A stretch of 64,000 bases of DNA. Source: Felis catus. Its lineage: Eukaryota. Below the pieces are notes generated by a model. That model was not told the DNA's origin. It was given only the letters and a program-made list of their open reading frames with translations, and ran no database searches. The DNA lies in contig NC_058382.1 of assembly GCF_018350175.1 (NCBI RefSeq), positions 53,818,001 through 53,882,000 on the forward strand, given 5' to 3'. Both the position numbers and the translations under genes were made by a program. Of the stretch, positions 62,690 through 64,000 are shown one piece after another. How positions within the stretch are numbered: the first letter of the stretch is position 1; each line of letters starts with the position of its first letter.

Positions 62690-63262
62690 ACTTTTTATTA
62701 AAGTATAGCACCTACAGAGCAATATGCAAAAGTTTAATTGTGCAGATAGATGAATTTCCACACACTAAACAGACCCATGTTACTAGCATCCAGATGACTG
62801 AACACTACAAGAAAAGCAGAAGCTCTATGCATGCACCCTCTTCATCACTACCAAACTCCAAGGTCATCGTTATCCTGACTTCTATCACCACAGATTAATT
62901 TTGCTTGCTTTTGAGTTACATCGTATGGGATCACACTGCATCAACTCTTTTTATCTGACTTCTTTTATTCAATGTGCTAATTGTGAGACTTACCCATGTC
63001 TGTATGTAGTTACCACTTATTGGTTCTCAGTACTGAATAATATTCCACTCTGTTTATATACCACAATCAATTTATCCCACTGTTGGTGGTGGATGATGGG
63101 TTGTTTCCGGTTTGGGGCTATTATGAAGAGTGCATTATGGAGAGCGCTTGTAGAAACAGTCTACAAACGTGTCTTTTGGTGAAAATATGGGCATCCTTCT
63201 AGAAAAGTACTTAAGAGTAGAAATGTTGGGTCACAGAGTATCTTATGTTCAGCTCTAGCTTG
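62690..63262 (-). mobile_element. Ancient L1ME-type 3' end
   Basis: 'gatgaatttccacacactaaacagacccatgttactagcatccagat...tatcctgacttctatcaccacagattaattttgcttgcttttgag...gttgtttccggtttggggctattatgaa'. Confidence 0.85.
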
Positions 63263-63336
63263 ACCTAAATTTAAATTCACCCTTCCAATTTTTGGTTGAG
63301 TGACCTTAAGTAAGTCATTTAAAACTTCTGAGCCTG

Positions 63337-63551
63337 GGGGCGCCTGGGTGGCTCAGTCGGTTAAGTGTCTGACTTTGGCTCAGGTCATGATCTCGCGGTT
63401 TGTGAGTTTGAGCCCCCCTTCGGGCTCTGTGCTGACAGCTCAGAGCCTGGAGCCTGCTTCGGAGGCTGTGTCTCACTCTCTCTCCCCCTCCTCTGCTCAC
63501 GCTCTGTCTCTCTCGGTCTCAAAACTAAATAAAAAAACATTTAAAAAGATG
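63337..63551 (+). mobile_element. Can-SINE inserted into a MIR core
   Basis: 16-bp TSD aaaacttctgagcctg at 63321-63336 and 63552-63567, at a TT/AAAA site; the host reads 'gtgaccttaagtaagtcattt..ttctgagcctgtttctccatc'. Confidence 0.97.
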
Positions 63552-63699
63552 AAAACTTCTGAGCCTGTTTCTCCATCAGTGCATGGGAAAATTTTACATC
63601 GCAAAGTTGTTTTAAAGATCAAATCAACGAGTATAAAGTATCTGGCATAGGTCTGACGTTTAAGTGATATTTTCCTCAAGACTGTTTAGGGCTCAGTAA

Positions 63700-64000
63700 A
63701 TATTCCCTGTGTGCCCTGTCTTTCCAACTTCTGCTACAGGTTGGTTGGAACTACTTGATTTGTACGCTGGCCAATAGGGTGTGAGTGGAAATGAGGTGTG
63801 CTGCTTCTGGGTCCCCAGGCCACCCTCCAGCACTCTCTTGCCTGGCTGCAGAGCCCTGGTGGCATCACAAGAGGACAGAGTTCCCCGGGGTCCCTGAGAG
63901 TCAGAATGGAACCTAAACTCTACTGACTGGCACTGTGGACACGGAGAATGAGCAAGAAAGAAATGTTTGCCGTGTTGAGTCACTGGTATTTCTAGGATAC
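63700..64000 (+). mobile_element. MLT1-family LTR, running to the window edge
   Basis: 'tggccaatagggtgtgagtggaaatgaggtgtgctgcttctgg...ctgggtccc-like...tgagcaagaaagaaatgtttgccgtgttgagtcactgg'. Confidence 0.7.

Overview
Mammalian genomic DNA, almost certainly from a felid (cat-like), judged from about 19 carnivore tRNA-derived Can-SINE copies of felid type and a young carnivore-type L1 3' end. The window looks non-coding or intergenic. I cannot confidently identify any protein-coding gene, and nearly all ORFs in the track come from SINE, L1 or microsatellite sequence. It holds several L1 relics, MIR/L2 fragments, MaLR (MLT1) LTRs, hAT MITEs (MER33, MER3, MER5A, MER20, MER63A, MER81) and microsatellites. 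It also has a GC/CpG-rich segment at about 7.1-8.0 kb ending in AATAAA plus an A-tract (terminal exon or retrocopy, parent unknown), and several repeat-free, homeobox-motif-rich blocks that may be enhancers. The most striking structure is a four-level nest at 53.5-56.7 kb: a 30-nt tailless U6 snRNA 5' fragment with a perfect 14-bp target-site duplication (TSD), inside a SINE, inside a young L1, inside an old L1. I find no support for a wholly new biological system; the findings are unusual instances of known retrotransposition and deletion mechanisms. Repeat family names come from my recall of consensus sequences and need RepeatMasker/Dfam confirmation; boundaries of old elements are approximate.
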